Shown here: positions 28,244 through 39,272 of the stretch, in pieces
Layout of the letters: every line of letters begins with the position of its first letter
Numbering within the stretch: the stretch's first letter is position 1
Source of the DNA: a virus
Taxonomy: Duplodnaviria; Caudoviricetes
Length of the DNA stretch: 64,000 bases
IMG/VR virus record: IMGVR_UViG_3300002835_000027
Coordinates: 1 to 64,000 of that record
Direction: 5' to 3' (one strand)
Made by a program: the position numbers and the translations under genes
Notes under the pieces: model-generated
Told to the model about the DNA's origin: nothing
Database searches by the model: none
The model's input: only the letters and a program-made list of their open reading frames with translations

Positions 28244-29839
28244 ATGGGATTTGTATCATATTCGATAGCAAAAGAATTCGTATCAAAATTAGAATTAACT
28301 AATATAGATGATTGGAATCGATACATATCATCTACTAATTTTATTAATTCTAAGCAAATATCATACCCACCTATTCCTAAAAATATACCAAAAGACCCAC
28401 TAAAATATTATACATTAACTAATGAATGGATTGATTGGAATGATTTTTTAACTAATAGATTATCAAGTCAATATATTTCAATTGATGATTTTAAATTATA
28501 CTTAAAAGAAATTGATTTATTAGGATATGACGAATATAAATTTATGATTCATGTTTTATTAAATGGATCTTATTATATTACCTTTAAAGGTAAGCATATT
28601 GCAGCGAAATCAAACGATATACCAAATTTACCATTATTAGAATATAAATCACATATTAAAGAATCAGATTTTGGGAAAAATAAATTAGATTCCATTAAAT
28701 ATTGGCCGTTTGATCAATCAAGACAATTTGCTAGATCATTAAATTTATCATCGTATACTGATTGGTTAATGTTTATTATGGATGCTAGATTATCTAACAT
28801 TAAACCCATATTATTACCGGAAAGACCAGAGTTATATTATAAATTAACTAATGATTGGACATCATGGGGTGATTTTTTAAATATACCGAATAGTTCTATA
28901 ATAATAATAGAACCAAATCCCCAAGCTAGATATTACTTATCTTATGATGATGCAAAAGCTTTTACTAGAACATTAGGATTAAAACATCAATATGAATGGA
29001 AGTTATATACAGATTGTCCAAAATCAAAATTTTATTATAATTATACTGGAGACTTATGTATTCGAAAACCGATTACTATTCCGGTTAATGTCCAAAAACA
29101 TTATAGTGAATCGAATGAATGGGTTTCATGGCATGATTTTTTAGGAACTGAAGAAAAGAAAAATTATCTATTATCTGAATTATCCGATATTGCAAAACAA
29201 AATAAAATTAAATATGCAACCGAATGGCGATCATTTGCGAAAACAAATAACCTACCGATATATGTGGATGTTATATCACCATCTAGTTCTAATTGGGTAA
29301 CTGGAGAGTGGGTAGATTGGAAATATTTTTTAGGTTTGCATCATACCAAAACTAAAATTTTATCGTATGATGAAGCAAAACAATTTATTAAATCATTAAA
29401 ATTTAATACATTAGCTGAATTTCAGTTATGGTGGGATAAAGAAAAACCGACCTATATTCCAAAAAATTTATATAGATATAAAAAACAAGAACATTTCGAT
29501 ATAAATGATTTTTTTGGCAAATCAACTATTACTAAATTAACTAATAGTGATGATAGTGTTTGTTACGTCTCTAGATATAATAATGAAATACATAGAAATA
29601 TAATTTGTATATCAGTCGATAAAAACGGGATGTATAATGCATTAAATGTAATTCAAAAAAAAGATCAGTATCTATATTCTATGTATAAATTAAATAGTGA
29701 TACACATACTCTTAAACGAATAGTAGACAAATATTGTTCGAAATATGATCGAGGTGATTCGAACCAATATGTCGTAACTGATTTATATGATTTACTAGAC
29801 GAGTTAGCTGATCATTTTGATATTATCAATACGTATTAG
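28244..29839 (+). CDS. Tandem-repeat protein ('integrase repeat unit'-like, about 6 copies)
   Basis: Repeats SY..AK.F...L.L.....W......IP..P..YY....EW..W.DFL; TATAAATA at 28216; GAGG RBS. Confidence 0.7.
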   Translation: MGFVSYSIAKEFVSKLELTNIDDWNRYISSTNFINSKQISYPPIPKNIPKDPLKYYTLTNEWIDWNDFLTNRLSSQYISIDDFKLYLKEIDLLGYDEYKFMIHVLLNGSYYITFKGKHIAAKSNDIPNLPLLEYKSHIKESDFGKNKLDSIKYWPFDQSRQFARSLNLSSYTDWLMFIMDARLSNIKPILLPERPELYYKLTNDWTSWGDFLNIPNSSIIIIEPNPQARYYLSYDDAKAFTRTLGLKHQYEWKLYTDCPKSKFYYNYTGDLCIRKPITIPVNVQKHYSESNEWVSWHDFLGTEEKKNYLLSELSDIAKQNKIKYATEWRSFAKTNNLPIYVDVISPSSSNWVTGEWVDWKYFLGLHHTKTKILSYDEAKQFIKSLKFNTLAEFQLWWDKEKPTYIPKNLYRYKKQEHFDINDFFGKSTITKLTNSDDSVCYVSRYNNEIHRNIICISVDKNGMYNALNVIQKKDQYLYSMYKLNSDTHTLKRIVDKYCSKYDRGDSNQYVVTDLYDLLDELADHFDIINTY

Positions 29840-29882
29840 GGGGTGATAAATATCTTATTTGTATTCATTTGGGTTTCTGTTA

Positions 29883-32800
29883 ATGTCTGAGAATTTCGAT
29901 TATAGAATTGATTATTTAAAAGTTGATGAGCTGTTACCAATTAATGTCCAAACGGATATTATTACTTCGAGTTTTAATAATGGTATCAATAGATTTTTAA
30001 CAAAAGAAGACGGGAAAACCGTTTCTGGAATTATCGGACGTAAATATGGTACGCAATATCATATTATAGGAAATACAATTAATCAAATTTTTATATCCTT
30101 AGATTACACTGATATTTTTATTACAGGCTTTAATTTTAATATCTATAATTCTATCAATAGTGGTAATTATACTGTAGTATCTAGTTCTTATATAAAAGAA
30201 ACTGACCGTACCGTTATTACGATTGCTAATGATTTACAGTTAACTGCAGATAATACATTATTTGGTTTTATTGGACTACCGAATAAAACCGAACAGAATA
30301 AAATTACAGAAACTGATACGTTTAGAGATGCATTTCAATTGCAGCCATTATTATATTCAGAATCGGCTACTGAAAATCATATTACGTCGATTGAAGATAT
30401 TTGGCGCAAACTAGATATACTAGGTATTGATATTGATCGTTTTGATAAATGGGGTAAATGCGAACAATTTACTTTCGCACCACCAATTGATATTGATAAA
30501 TTTGTTAATTTTGCTGATTATTACTGGACTGGGGATACTGATACTGAACCAAATTATATTACCATTAATAATAAATTAACTAGAATTCAATCGAAAATTA
30601 ATAAAATCTATCTATTTAAATCTAAGAACCCGTCTGATACATCATTAGATGCAGAAGCTGATTTGTTAATAACTGCTAGAAATAAAATAATAACTGAAAT
30701 TGAGTCTATTGTTAGGCCAGCATCATGGGATAGTAAAATTATTATTCCTAAATATCAATGGATTGATGAAAATAAATGGAAGCATAAATCTGATTTGGAA
30801 GGCGAGATATATGCATACAAAGCAAAATTACCAATTATTGAATATTTTGATGATTTGGAAATTAATGAATGGACTTATACCAAACATAATTGGATGTATC
30901 GCTCGGATTCAACTGCGCCCTGGATCACCGTAGATCAAGGCCCGACTGATAATGAATTATCTATTAGATTTCCTATTATAGGAAATGATAATACTACTTT
31001 TACTGTAGAGGGTAATCATACTAATGTTTTTGTAGCTGGTTATCAATTTACGGTTTCTGAGTCGGTTAATTCTGGTGTTTTTAAAGTAATTAGTAGTTCA
31101 TTTACTGCCAATACAACTATCATTACCGTAGAAGCTTATTTAAATATTAGTTTACCGTCGTTATTAGATTTTTATAGTAAAACCGAATTTTTTGGAGTAG
31201 TTGGTCAATATTACGGTATTATATCACCGGCCACAACTAGTTTAGGTGATAAATGGGAAGGATTATATACTCATTGGATGTGGGTTTCTAAAGAATTACC
31301 AGTCCCGATCAATCACCAAGAACCAATTACCCAATTATCTTACAAATACGTAATTCCTGATTTCGGATACGGTATAGTTTATGATAATGAAGATGGTATG
31401 GATTATGGATATGATGGCGTTGCTAGATTTACTGCACCAATTAATTATATTTTAGATACTGATGACATTCAAGTCTATATCAATGGTATTCGACAATATG
31501 GAACTTACATAGAATCGGTTTCGACCAATACTAGTCATTTTGATATACCTAAATTAGACGTAGATCATTTTGATGCGCCGGATGAACCATTTTCGATATT
31601 AACTAATTGTATTGATATTATTATACCGCTATATAAAGATGATACTATATTAGTTAAAGTCGGTCCTGCAGTTAATAGTGATATTAATCGCCATGGTAAT
31701 TATGTTCGAGTTTATAATGAAAAAGCATTAGGCGATACTCCTGTTATTAGATTACGTAATTTAATTGAATATCGAATCCACGAACAAGTTAAAATAAAGC
31801 CGAATCAATATTTAAATTTTGACATTTATAAACCAGATGGTACGACGGATAAATCTGCAAATAATATCTTTAAATACAAAGAAGATTTAATATCGAAGAT
31901 CAATGAGACATTGGAAGTTCGAACCGAAATTCATAGTAATAATTATGCATTCGAAAATTTATTAGCTAAAGATAATGCATTATATTGTTATAATAATAAT
32001 GGGGTATTAAATACGGTTTGGCAAAAATGCTTAACTGATTATATTCCAAAAAAAGTAAACGCATATAGACAAGCTGACTTTAATGGAGTTTGGGAATTAC
32101 CCGAACCAATGCGTTTGAATATTTACAATGAATGTCGCAACGATATATCTTATCAAAATTTAAGACCGCACTTTAATAATATTTTATCATTACAAACCGG
32201 TTCCGATAATAATTTAAAAAATATTTCGACCGCATCTAATATTATTACATTACCTAATAAGTATTTGTATGATGGTGGTAATATAAAAATATTTAATAAT
32301 CAATATGCAGTTTTATTATCAATGATGCATACCGATATTATTAGCTTTAAAACGGTTTTAACTAGAGTTAAAACACAATATGCTAATAATTTAAAAAATA
32401 TAAAACTTACGACATTAAAAAATCACCCAGCTGAAGATATGTGGTCAATATTGGCCAAAAACCGGCCTTTAAATAATAGTGAGGTTTATGATCTTATCAT
32501 TTCGATGATTATTAAATACTCGACGTTTAATGCCGATTTAACTAAGATATTTGGTGATTCTACTTCATATAAAGAAATATTAGAAAATGGAATTACCGTC
32601 GGTAAGGGTGTTAAATCATGGGTCGCAACTCTACCAGTTCTTGGGTTTAAAAAACCAACCACTCCTATATTATTAGTCGACCCAATATTAAATATTAATA
32701 AAATACGTCATCATGATGGTCATTATTCAACAACTATATTAACATCTGATGATTTAACGACGATTAGATATAATATACAAACAAATAGTTCATTGGATAA

Positions 32801-35800
32801 TTTAATTACCGTTAGTGATACTGAACCACTTAAATCACCAGGAACCTTATGGTTAACTTCAGATAATATTTTAAAACGTTGTGTGGAAAATGTTTGGGAA
32901 GTTTTTGATATTCTACATATTATTAATCAAGTTACTTTAACCATAGAAAATCAATTATATGAAGTTTCGTTGATTACTAATACAAAACTTGATATTTCTA
33001 CTATTTTTGGTAGTGATGATTATACTTTATTTTTCCCGCAATTAAAAATTAAATATTTAGAGTATGTTAAAACATTACAGAATTTAACTACCGTTTATGA
33101 TTATGTCGCAAGCGATGCATTTACTTGGAATTATCATTATACTGATACTCAGACGATTAGATATCAAACTCAACCGCAGAGTTGGGCTGCTAGATGGTAT
33201 GAAATATATGAATTGCAATACGGAACTGCATATCCTCATTTAGAGCCCTGGAAATTACAATCTTTTGACCGGAAACCTAGTAATTGGGATTCAGTTTATA
33301 AAGTAAATGGTCAATGGACTACTACTATGTGGGCTGATATTAAAAGTGGTAATATTAATGCTAGTATCATTAAACCAGCAAATATTACATATAAAACATA
33401 TTCAGTTATCAGTGTAAATGATACTGGGCGTACTATTGGTCAGTATCCGATAAATGCTTTATTACCACCTTATATTACAACACTAGGTTTATCACATAAT
33501 TCATTAATATCCGGTAATACGCCTCCAATTAAACGCGAGTCATTATTTGTATTCGGCCAACAACCATTACAAGAAAGAATTTGGCGCGAATCAATAGATT
33601 ACAATTACGATTTATTATATACCTTATTCCAATTACAACCATTAAAAATATTAAATAGATTTTTCAATGATAAAACGATTAATGTAAATGGTTTAAATAT
33701 CGATACTAGAACTAATAAAGTTTTATCGCATAAAGATGTTTTATTTCATGGTACGGTATTAAACGGAGTTAAATATATTAGTAATAATGTGAATCAATGG
33801 TTTATTCATGCATTAAGAATGGATTCTAATACTAATATTATCCCTCAATTTATTGATACTTGGACTAATTGGGAAGCTAAATTAACTTACCAAACTGATT
33901 CAGTAATTAATGTTAATTCACTATCAACCGATAACGAATATTTTTATATTACGAAACCGGATTATAATATCCATTTAAAAAAATCACCAAATGCTATAAA
34001 TCATTGGTTACATTCATTGGTTTTTTCATTAAATAAACCGGGCGAATATAATATAAATGCATATAATAAATTAAAATCGCCAGTAGCGGATGGTGCTGAT
34101 TGGGAATTCCGATTAGATACGTTAGTTATGGATAGTGGGCCTATAGCCTATTATGATGTTCGCAAATATTATATGATCGATATAATTACATATAATAATC
34201 CACAAGATACTAACCCTAGATCGACATTTAAAATTGCGAAATATAATGATGATGGTATTTTAACGCCAGTTCCAGAAATAAATTTACCTTGGATTAATAC
34301 GGATACGGTAAATATTAATTATGATTCTGCTTCTATTAAATCAGATCAAGCATATCATGTATTTAAGTATAATAATACGGATAGATATTACTTATCGGAA
34401 TTAAATACAGAGTTAAATACTTACGGACCAGTTAATTTATTTGATCAGTTAGTTTGTTATACTGAAGCTCAATTAAATACTGGAACTATACAACCAAACG
34501 ATTATGATTTAAAATATAATGCCGCGACTGGTAAAATAATGCAGTATAGATTAATGTCTGATGTTTGGGTTTCTTACTCATCGACTACTAATCAATTTAT
34601 TATACCAGCAACAAATGTTAATATTATTTTAATTAATAATAATCAATTAGTTAATCCATCATTATATACCGTCGATACTAATAAAATTACATTATCACCG
34701 AATTTAATTATTAATAATTTAGTTATTAGATTAGAAGTACCTAATGGTTCTACAATAGAAGAACGCCGTGATGAATTTTATGCATTAAATTCAGTTCATA
34801 GTCCGTTATTATGGAAACATATATCAATCGATAAGAAAACGATTAAACATATCATTGCACCAATTACTATTACTGGCGTCCAAAACGTCATTAATTTTAT
34901 TGATGGGTATGCTGCGATGTTAAATGATTATGGTTTTATATTTAATGATTATGAACGGCCAAGATTTGATCCGACCTATACCGATCGAGTAATTGGTTGG
35001 CAGTTAGAAATTGAAAAGTTTATAGATAAAGTATGGATTGGATTTAATACTGATTACAATACTACCGCTTCTAAAATTAATAATATATTCGAATTTAATG
35101 AAATATACGATTATATCGATGTTAATCCATTTAAATATGGTTTTTGGGTTAATACACCAAAAGGTATTATTTCAAATATTTTAACTGGCTCGTATAAAGA
35201 TATTCATCTTACCCCATTAATTTATGATAATCATGGTAATGCTATAGCAACGTCAGATAATTTAAGTATTTTACGAACTGATAAATTAACTGCAATTACT
35301 CACCCAGTAATAGAAACTAATTATATTGGTGGGGCTAAAATATTCATAGATTATTACGAACATATTATTACCTTTAATGATTATACTACTAATTTAAATT
35401 TACTGTATGATTCATTTTTGGGATTAAATACCGAGCGAATTAATATATCGTTATTTAAACATTACGAAACAACTAAAAGACCGAATTTGGGTGGGTGTTT
35501 TTTAAGTAATGATATTATGGTAGATAATTTAGAATCTAGTATAACTAACGTAGCCTCATTTTACGATTCGTATGCAAATACAGAAACTAAAAAGCATATT
35601 AAAGATGCTCGGGCGGTGTTAGGATATAATAATATAGATTATCTAAATAAATTGGATTCTAAATCTAAATTTTTATTCTGGAAAGGCCTAATACACAATA
35701 AGGGATCTAATAGTAGTGTTTATACATATGCTCAAATGAGTAATATGAATCGAGTAGATATTGATGAAATTTGGTCGTATAAAACCAGCAATTACGGTAG

Positions 35801-38024
35801 TAAACAACCAATCGAACAATATATTAATATTTTCGAATCCGATGTTTATAAAAATAAAATTAGATATCTATTTGATGATTCATATACTAGCTCTACTGAT
35901 AATTTTACTCAGATAAAAACAACAGATATAACTAGATGGAACGAAGTTACTACGAATAGTAATGGTATTATGGATTGTGTTTTAACTAATGCGACTAGAT
36001 ACCTATTTAATCCTAGAGCTAAGCAATCAGAACCGGTTAGTATTTCTAAATATGACGATTTAACCAATAATGTTTATTACTTACCACTAAAAAATCATTG
36101 TGAGTATTGTGAATTATACGTAGAATTAAATTACGATAATTTAACGACCTTAAATTATTCATCGGGTGAAATAATTATTCCAGATTATGTTTATGGTACT
36201 AATATGATAACAGTATTAGTCGACGGTATAAAGCAACAAGTAACAGAAATATTAAATAACGGAACATTTATTTCTAATAAAATTATTATTCCTACTATTA
36301 CTGATGCTAAAAAAATATCGATTATTTACGGTCGAGGAAAATTAGTAAAAGATTTACATTATACTCAACTACGAACAAATTTAATTAGATTTTTATCATT
36401 TACTAATACAAGTAACATGTATAGTATGCCGGCGGCGTTAAATAATCATTGTGATTTATTAGATGTTCATTTATATAATATTAATCATTTAAATTATAGT
36501 GCGAATATAGTAGATACTAAACAAAATATTATAGTTACATCATTACCTTATTTTAATCCAGTATTAGGTGTTTATAATCAAAAAATATCGTCGGTAGATT
36601 ATATTGCAAATACGGATCCTGCAAATTATACTGATTCATTTTGGAATAAACCAGAAGTTGGAATGAAATGGGTTGATACATCTGACGTGGGATATTATTG
36701 TTATAATGATCCTGCAGTTTATCCAAATATTAACGATCGGATTGCATTATGGGGTTTGACGACTGAATGGAGTCATATAACTTGTTATGAATGGGTTGAA
36801 TCACCAATTATACCATCGGAGTGGGATACGTATGTTCAATTAGGAACTAGTATTAATACTGAAAATGATTTAAAATTTGTAGGCAAACCATTAACTGTAT
36901 TATATAAAAGAACTAGAGCTTCGGAAATTGATAGTTGGAGTGATTGGTATATAGAAAGAAATACTTATCAGATAATCAATGCTTACGATTATTGGTCTAC
37001 TATTACTTCTAATAATGGTTCACTTACATTCAAAGTAACCTTAGATATTAATTCAGCGATTGATAATTATTATGTTTATGTTAATGAAATTAAATATGAT
37101 AAGTATGAAGTATTCGCAATTGATAATAAATTAACATCTATTACAGTTCATGGTTTAAGTGATAAGGATACCGTCAAATTAATTAGATTTGCTGATACGC
37201 CGACTGCTGATGAAATTAATCAGGCTAATCCGACTGGATTATTTGATTATATTCACGGATATAAATTTAATGTCGTTAAATCGTATGATGATGTTGGAGA
37301 AAATGCAACTTATAAGTATTATTTTTGGGTAACTAATCAAATTAGTAGATTATCTAATGATATATCAACAACGGATATTGAAAAATTATTCCTACACAAT
37401 AATAACGCGTATAGATTTTATGTAGATACTAATAAATGGGTATTAGCCGGATTAAATAACATAATTAAATATGATAATTTTTCATTACAGATTATAAAAA
37501 ATTATGCATTAAATTCATTAAATCCATACATTGAAAATACTCATAATAATTATAGTGAATGGCAATTACTTAGAACTTATAGTATAGAAAAAATTCCAAA
37601 AACATTATGGGTAAAATTAATTGAATCTATGATTGAACGCAAATTAAATAGCACAGCAACCGTTCCATTATATAGTAAAATTATATTCGATAATACGAAC
37701 GGAACAAATACTAGATTTGGATTAAATGACGGTCAAACTTTAGGTAATTCAAAATTACTAATTAAATCGATAACTGATTTATTATATGACGCTAATTTTG
37801 ATATTGCAAATCGAGATTCATTTTTTGAAAATTATAATTTTAATAATCAATTGAATATTATTACTACTATGAATCACATTTATGATAATTTCGATGCAAA
37901 ATTAGTAAATGAAATATTCTTTCATTTAATTAAAGATACTTTAACTTGTTCTAATAATTTAAATGGTTTATTAAAAACATCAATGATTGTATTAGATTGC
38001 GAAATGACAATGGGGTTTGTATAA
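29883..38024 (+). CDS. Very large virion structural protein (~2710 aa), probable baseplate component
   Basis: Single long ORF; PPIDIDKFVNFADYYW, YPHLEPW, YEWVESPIIPSEW, YYFWV motifs; late promoter core at 29846; first ATG at 29883. Confidence 0.7.
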   Translation: MSENFDYRIDYLKVDELLPINVQTDIITSSFNNGINRFLTKEDGKTVSGIIGRKYGTQYHIIGNTINQIFISLDYTDIFITGFNFNIYNSINSGNYTVVSSSYIKETDRTVITIANDLQLTADNTLFGFIGLPNKTEQNKITETDTFRDAFQLQPLLYSESATENHITSIEDIWRKLDILGIDIDRFDKWGKCEQFTFAPPIDIDKFVNFADYYWTGDTDTEPNYITINNKLTRIQSKINKIYLFKSKNPSDTSLDAEADLLITARNKIITEIESIVRPASWDSKIIIPKYQWIDENKWKHKSDLEGEIYAYKAKLPIIEYFDDLEINEWTYTKHNWMYRSDSTAPWITVDQGPTDNELSIRFPIIGNDNTTFTVEGNHTNVFVAGYQFTVSESVNSGVFKVISSSFTANTTIITVEAYLNISLPSLLDFYSKTEFFGVVGQYYGIISPATTSLGDKWEGLYTHWMWVSKELPVPINHQEPITQLSYKYVIPDFGYGIVYDNEDGMDYGYDGVARFTAPINYILDTDDIQVYINGIRQYGTYIESVSTNTSHFDIPKLDVDHFDAPDEPFSILTNCIDIIIPLYKDDTILVKVGPAVNSDINRHGNYVRVYNEKALGDTPVIRLRNLIEYRIHEQVKIKPNQYLNFDIYKPDGTTDKSANNIFKYKEDLISKINETLEVRTEIHSNNYAFENLLAKDNALYCYNNNGVLNTVWQKCLTDYIPKKVNAYRQADFNGVWELPEPMRLNIYNECRNDISYQNLRPHFNNILSLQTGSDNNLKNISTASNIITLPNKYLYDGGNIKIFNNQYAVLLSMMHTDIISFKTVLTRVKTQYANNLKNIKLTTLKNHPAEDMWSILAKNRPLNNSEVYDLIISMIIKYSTFNADLTKIFGDSTSYKEILENGITVGKGVKSWVATLPVLGFKKPTTPILLVDPILNINKIRHHDGHYSTTILTSDDLTTIRYNIQTNSSLDNLITVSDTEPLKSPGTLWLTSDNILKRCVENVWEVFDILHIINQVTLTIENQLYEVSLITNTKLDISTIFGSDDYTLFFPQLKIKYLEYVKTLQNLTTVYDYVASDAFTWNYHYTDTQTIRYQTQPQSWAARWYEIYELQYGTAYPHLEPWKLQSFDRKPSNWDSVYKVNGQWTTTMWADIKSGNINASIIKPANITYKTYSVISVNDTGRTIGQYPINALLPPYITTLGLSHNSLISGNTPPIKRESLFVFGQQPLQERIWRESIDYNYDLLYTLFQLQPLKILNRFFNDKTINVNGLNIDTRTNKVLSHKDVLFHGTVLNGVKYISNNVNQWFIHALRMDSNTNIIPQFIDTWTNWEAKLTYQTDSVINVNSLSTDNEYFYITKPDYNIHLKKSPNAINHWLHSLVFSLNKPGEYNINAYNKLKSPVADGADWEFRLDTLVMDSGPIAYYDVRKYYMIDIITYNNPQDTNPRSTFKIAKYNDDGILTPVPEINLPWINTDTVNINYDSASIKSDQAYHVFKYNNTDRYYLSELNTELNTYGPVNLFDQLVCYTEAQLNTGTIQPNDYDLKYNAATGKIMQYRLMSDVWVSYSSTTNQFIIPATNVNIILINNNQLVNPSLYTVDTNKITLSPNLIINNLVIRLEVPNGSTIEERRDEFYALNSVHSPLLWKHISIDKKTIKHIIAPITITGVQNVINFIDGYAAMLNDYGFIFNDYERPRFDPTYTDRVIGWQLEIEKFIDKVWIGFNTDYNTTASKINNIFEFNEIYDYIDVNPFKYGFWVNTPKGIISNILTGSYKDIHLTPLIYDNHGNAIATSDNLSILRTDKLTAITHPVIETNYIGGAKIFIDYYEHIITFNDYTTNLNLLYDSFLGLNTERINISLFKHYETTKRPNLGGCFLSNDIMVDNLESSITNVASFYDSYANTETKKHIKDARAVLGYNNIDYLNKLDSKSKFLFWKGLIHNKGSNSSVYTYAQMSNMNRVDIDEIWSYKTSNYGSKQPIEQYINIFESDVYKNKIRYLFDDSYTSSTDNFTQIKTTDITRWNEVTTNSNGIMDCVLTNATRYLFNPRAKQSEPVSISKYDDLTNNVYYLPLKNHCEYCELYVELNYDNLTTLNYSSGEIIIPDYVYGTNMITVLVDGIKQQVTEILNNGTFISNKIIIPTITDAKKISIIYGRGKLVKDLHYTQLRTNLIRFLSFTNTSNMYSMPAALNNHCDLLDVHLYNINHLNYSANIVDTKQNIIVTSLPYFNPVLGVYNQKISSVDYIANTDPANYTDSFWNKPEVGMKWVDTSDVGYYCYNDPAVYPNINDRIALWGLTTEWSHITCYEWVESPIIPSEWDTYVQLGTSINTENDLKFVGKPLTVLYKRTRASEIDSWSDWYIERNTYQIINAYDYWSTITSNNGSLTFKVTLDINSAIDNYYVYVNEIKYDKYEVFAIDNKLTSITVHGLSDKDTVKLIRFADTPTADEINQANPTGLFDYIHGYKFNVVKSYDDVGENATYKYYFWVTNQISRLSNDISTTDIEKLFLHNNNAYRFYVDTNKWVLAGLNNIIKYDNFSLQIIKNYALNSLNPYIENTHNNYSEWQLLRTYSIEKIPKTLWVKLIESMIERKLNSTATVPLYSKIIFDNTNGTNTRFGLNDGQTLGNSKLLIKSITDLLYDANFDIANRDSFFENYNFNNQLNIITTMNHIYDNFDAKLVNEIFFHLIKDTLTCSNNLNGLLKTSMIVLDCEMTMGFV

Positions 38025-38860
38025 TGATATCAAAAATGAATCCGAAGTATAAAATACCGACTGATGAATTAGATCATTTAGTAGATTATATTAACGATAT
38101 TAAACCATTTAGAACTAAATTAGCTGATATTGTATGTACATTTACGTTCGTAGAACATGCATATGCATATGCATCAGAGACTTGTAATTCAGTCGTTGAT
38201 TTTATTATGGATTATCATTTAGATCCCGAAGCTGGGTATGCTGAAGAACGATTCGTTTACGTAGATTATGATGATAATACCTCTGCAAAAATACCAAATG
38301 TTGCTTCTGGTTATGAGGAATGGGGTTTTAGTGCGGATCATTTCGATGGATTGGTTCGAGTTGAAGATTATGTTCCTAGTTCACCAACTACTATTAAAAC
38401 AAGCTTTAAAGAGCAATTGATTATCGATACTTCTAGAACAATACAAGATGGTTTTGATATTGAAGCTTCGGATACTGATCTATTTGATTCGATTAATTTA
38501 GGAACATTACCGGCAGTCAAACCAACTCCGGTATTAATATTACCAGATGAATCGGATCCTTTTGCGGATATGTTCGAACCATTAGTAATTCCGACTCCTG
38601 TAGTAGCTGCATTCTCAGCATTCGCATTTAATGAATTTGATTCAGCAATGGAACCAGTATTATTAACAGCGAGTGATACTTTAATTTTAAGTGAGTTATT
38701 CGATGATGGTGAGTTTGGAAATATAGTTTCTACTTATACTGGATTGATTGATCAAGTAGCATTTGATGATGGTGATTTTGATCGAGTAATAACGGACGTA
38801 CTAACATTAAATGATAGTACGTTCGATACTGATTTTATTAGAGTATTGTTTAACGAATAA
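38024..38860 (+). CDS. Baseplate-associated protein with acidic FD repeats
   Basis: LVDYINDIKPFRTKL then repeated FD..(.)FD motifs; TAATG overlap with the upstream gene. Confidence 0.6.
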   Translation: MISKMNPKYKIPTDELDHLVDYINDIKPFRTKLADIVCTFTFVEHAYAYASETCNSVVDFIMDYHLDPEAGYAEERFVYVDYDDNTSAKIPNVASGYEEWGFSADHFDGLVRVEDYVPSSPTTIKTSFKEQLIIDTSRTIQDGFDIEASDTDLFDSINLGTLPAVKPTPVLILPDESDPFADMFEPLVIPTPVVAAFSAFAFNEFDSAMEPVLLTASDTLILSELFDDGEFGNIVSTYTGLIDQVAFDDGDFDRVITDVLTLNDSTFDTDFIRVLFNE

Positions 38861-39262
38861 TTATTTGCGATTTTGACTAGATGCCATTTTAATTTGAATA
38901 GAATTAATCATTTCACTATAAATGGCATCTTGCGATTTTAAACGCTCAATATCATGTTGGATTTCAGTTAATTGGGTAATTTTATCATCACTTGATTTTA
39001 ATTGACTTTCTAATGCAATTATTCTATTTTCTAGCATATTATATTGAGTTATTATAGCAACGACTACACTAACAATCTGAAATAGTAATGCTGGGCTAAT
39101 ATGCAATGATTCAAGCGACCACGATTTATTTGTTTTTTGTTTTTCGTTATGTTTTTCAATAATTTCTTCGACTAAATCTTCTGTATCTTCATACTGCTGT
39201 TTAGTCAAACTAACTTCGTTAGAATTATTGATTTTTCGTCTATCGATTCCATCGAACATCAC
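38861..39262 (-). CDS. Single-TM protein with C-terminal coiled coil
   Basis: AAGGAGG RBS; IDRRK N-terminus; hydrophobic ISPALLFQIVSVVVAIIT; heptad tail. Confidence 0.7.
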   Translation of the reverse strand: MMFDGIDRRKINNSNEVSLTKQQYEDTEDLVEEIIEKHNEKQKTNKSWSLESLHISPALLFQIVSVVVAIITQYNMLENRIIALESQLKSSDDKITQLTEIQHDIERLKSQDAIYSEMINSIQIKMASSQNRK

Positions 39263-39272
39263 ATCATCCTCC

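Noticed and set aside
28244-29839. Integrase / prophage signal
   Set aside because: Only the repeat unit is present; no tyrosine or serine recombinase catalytic domain.
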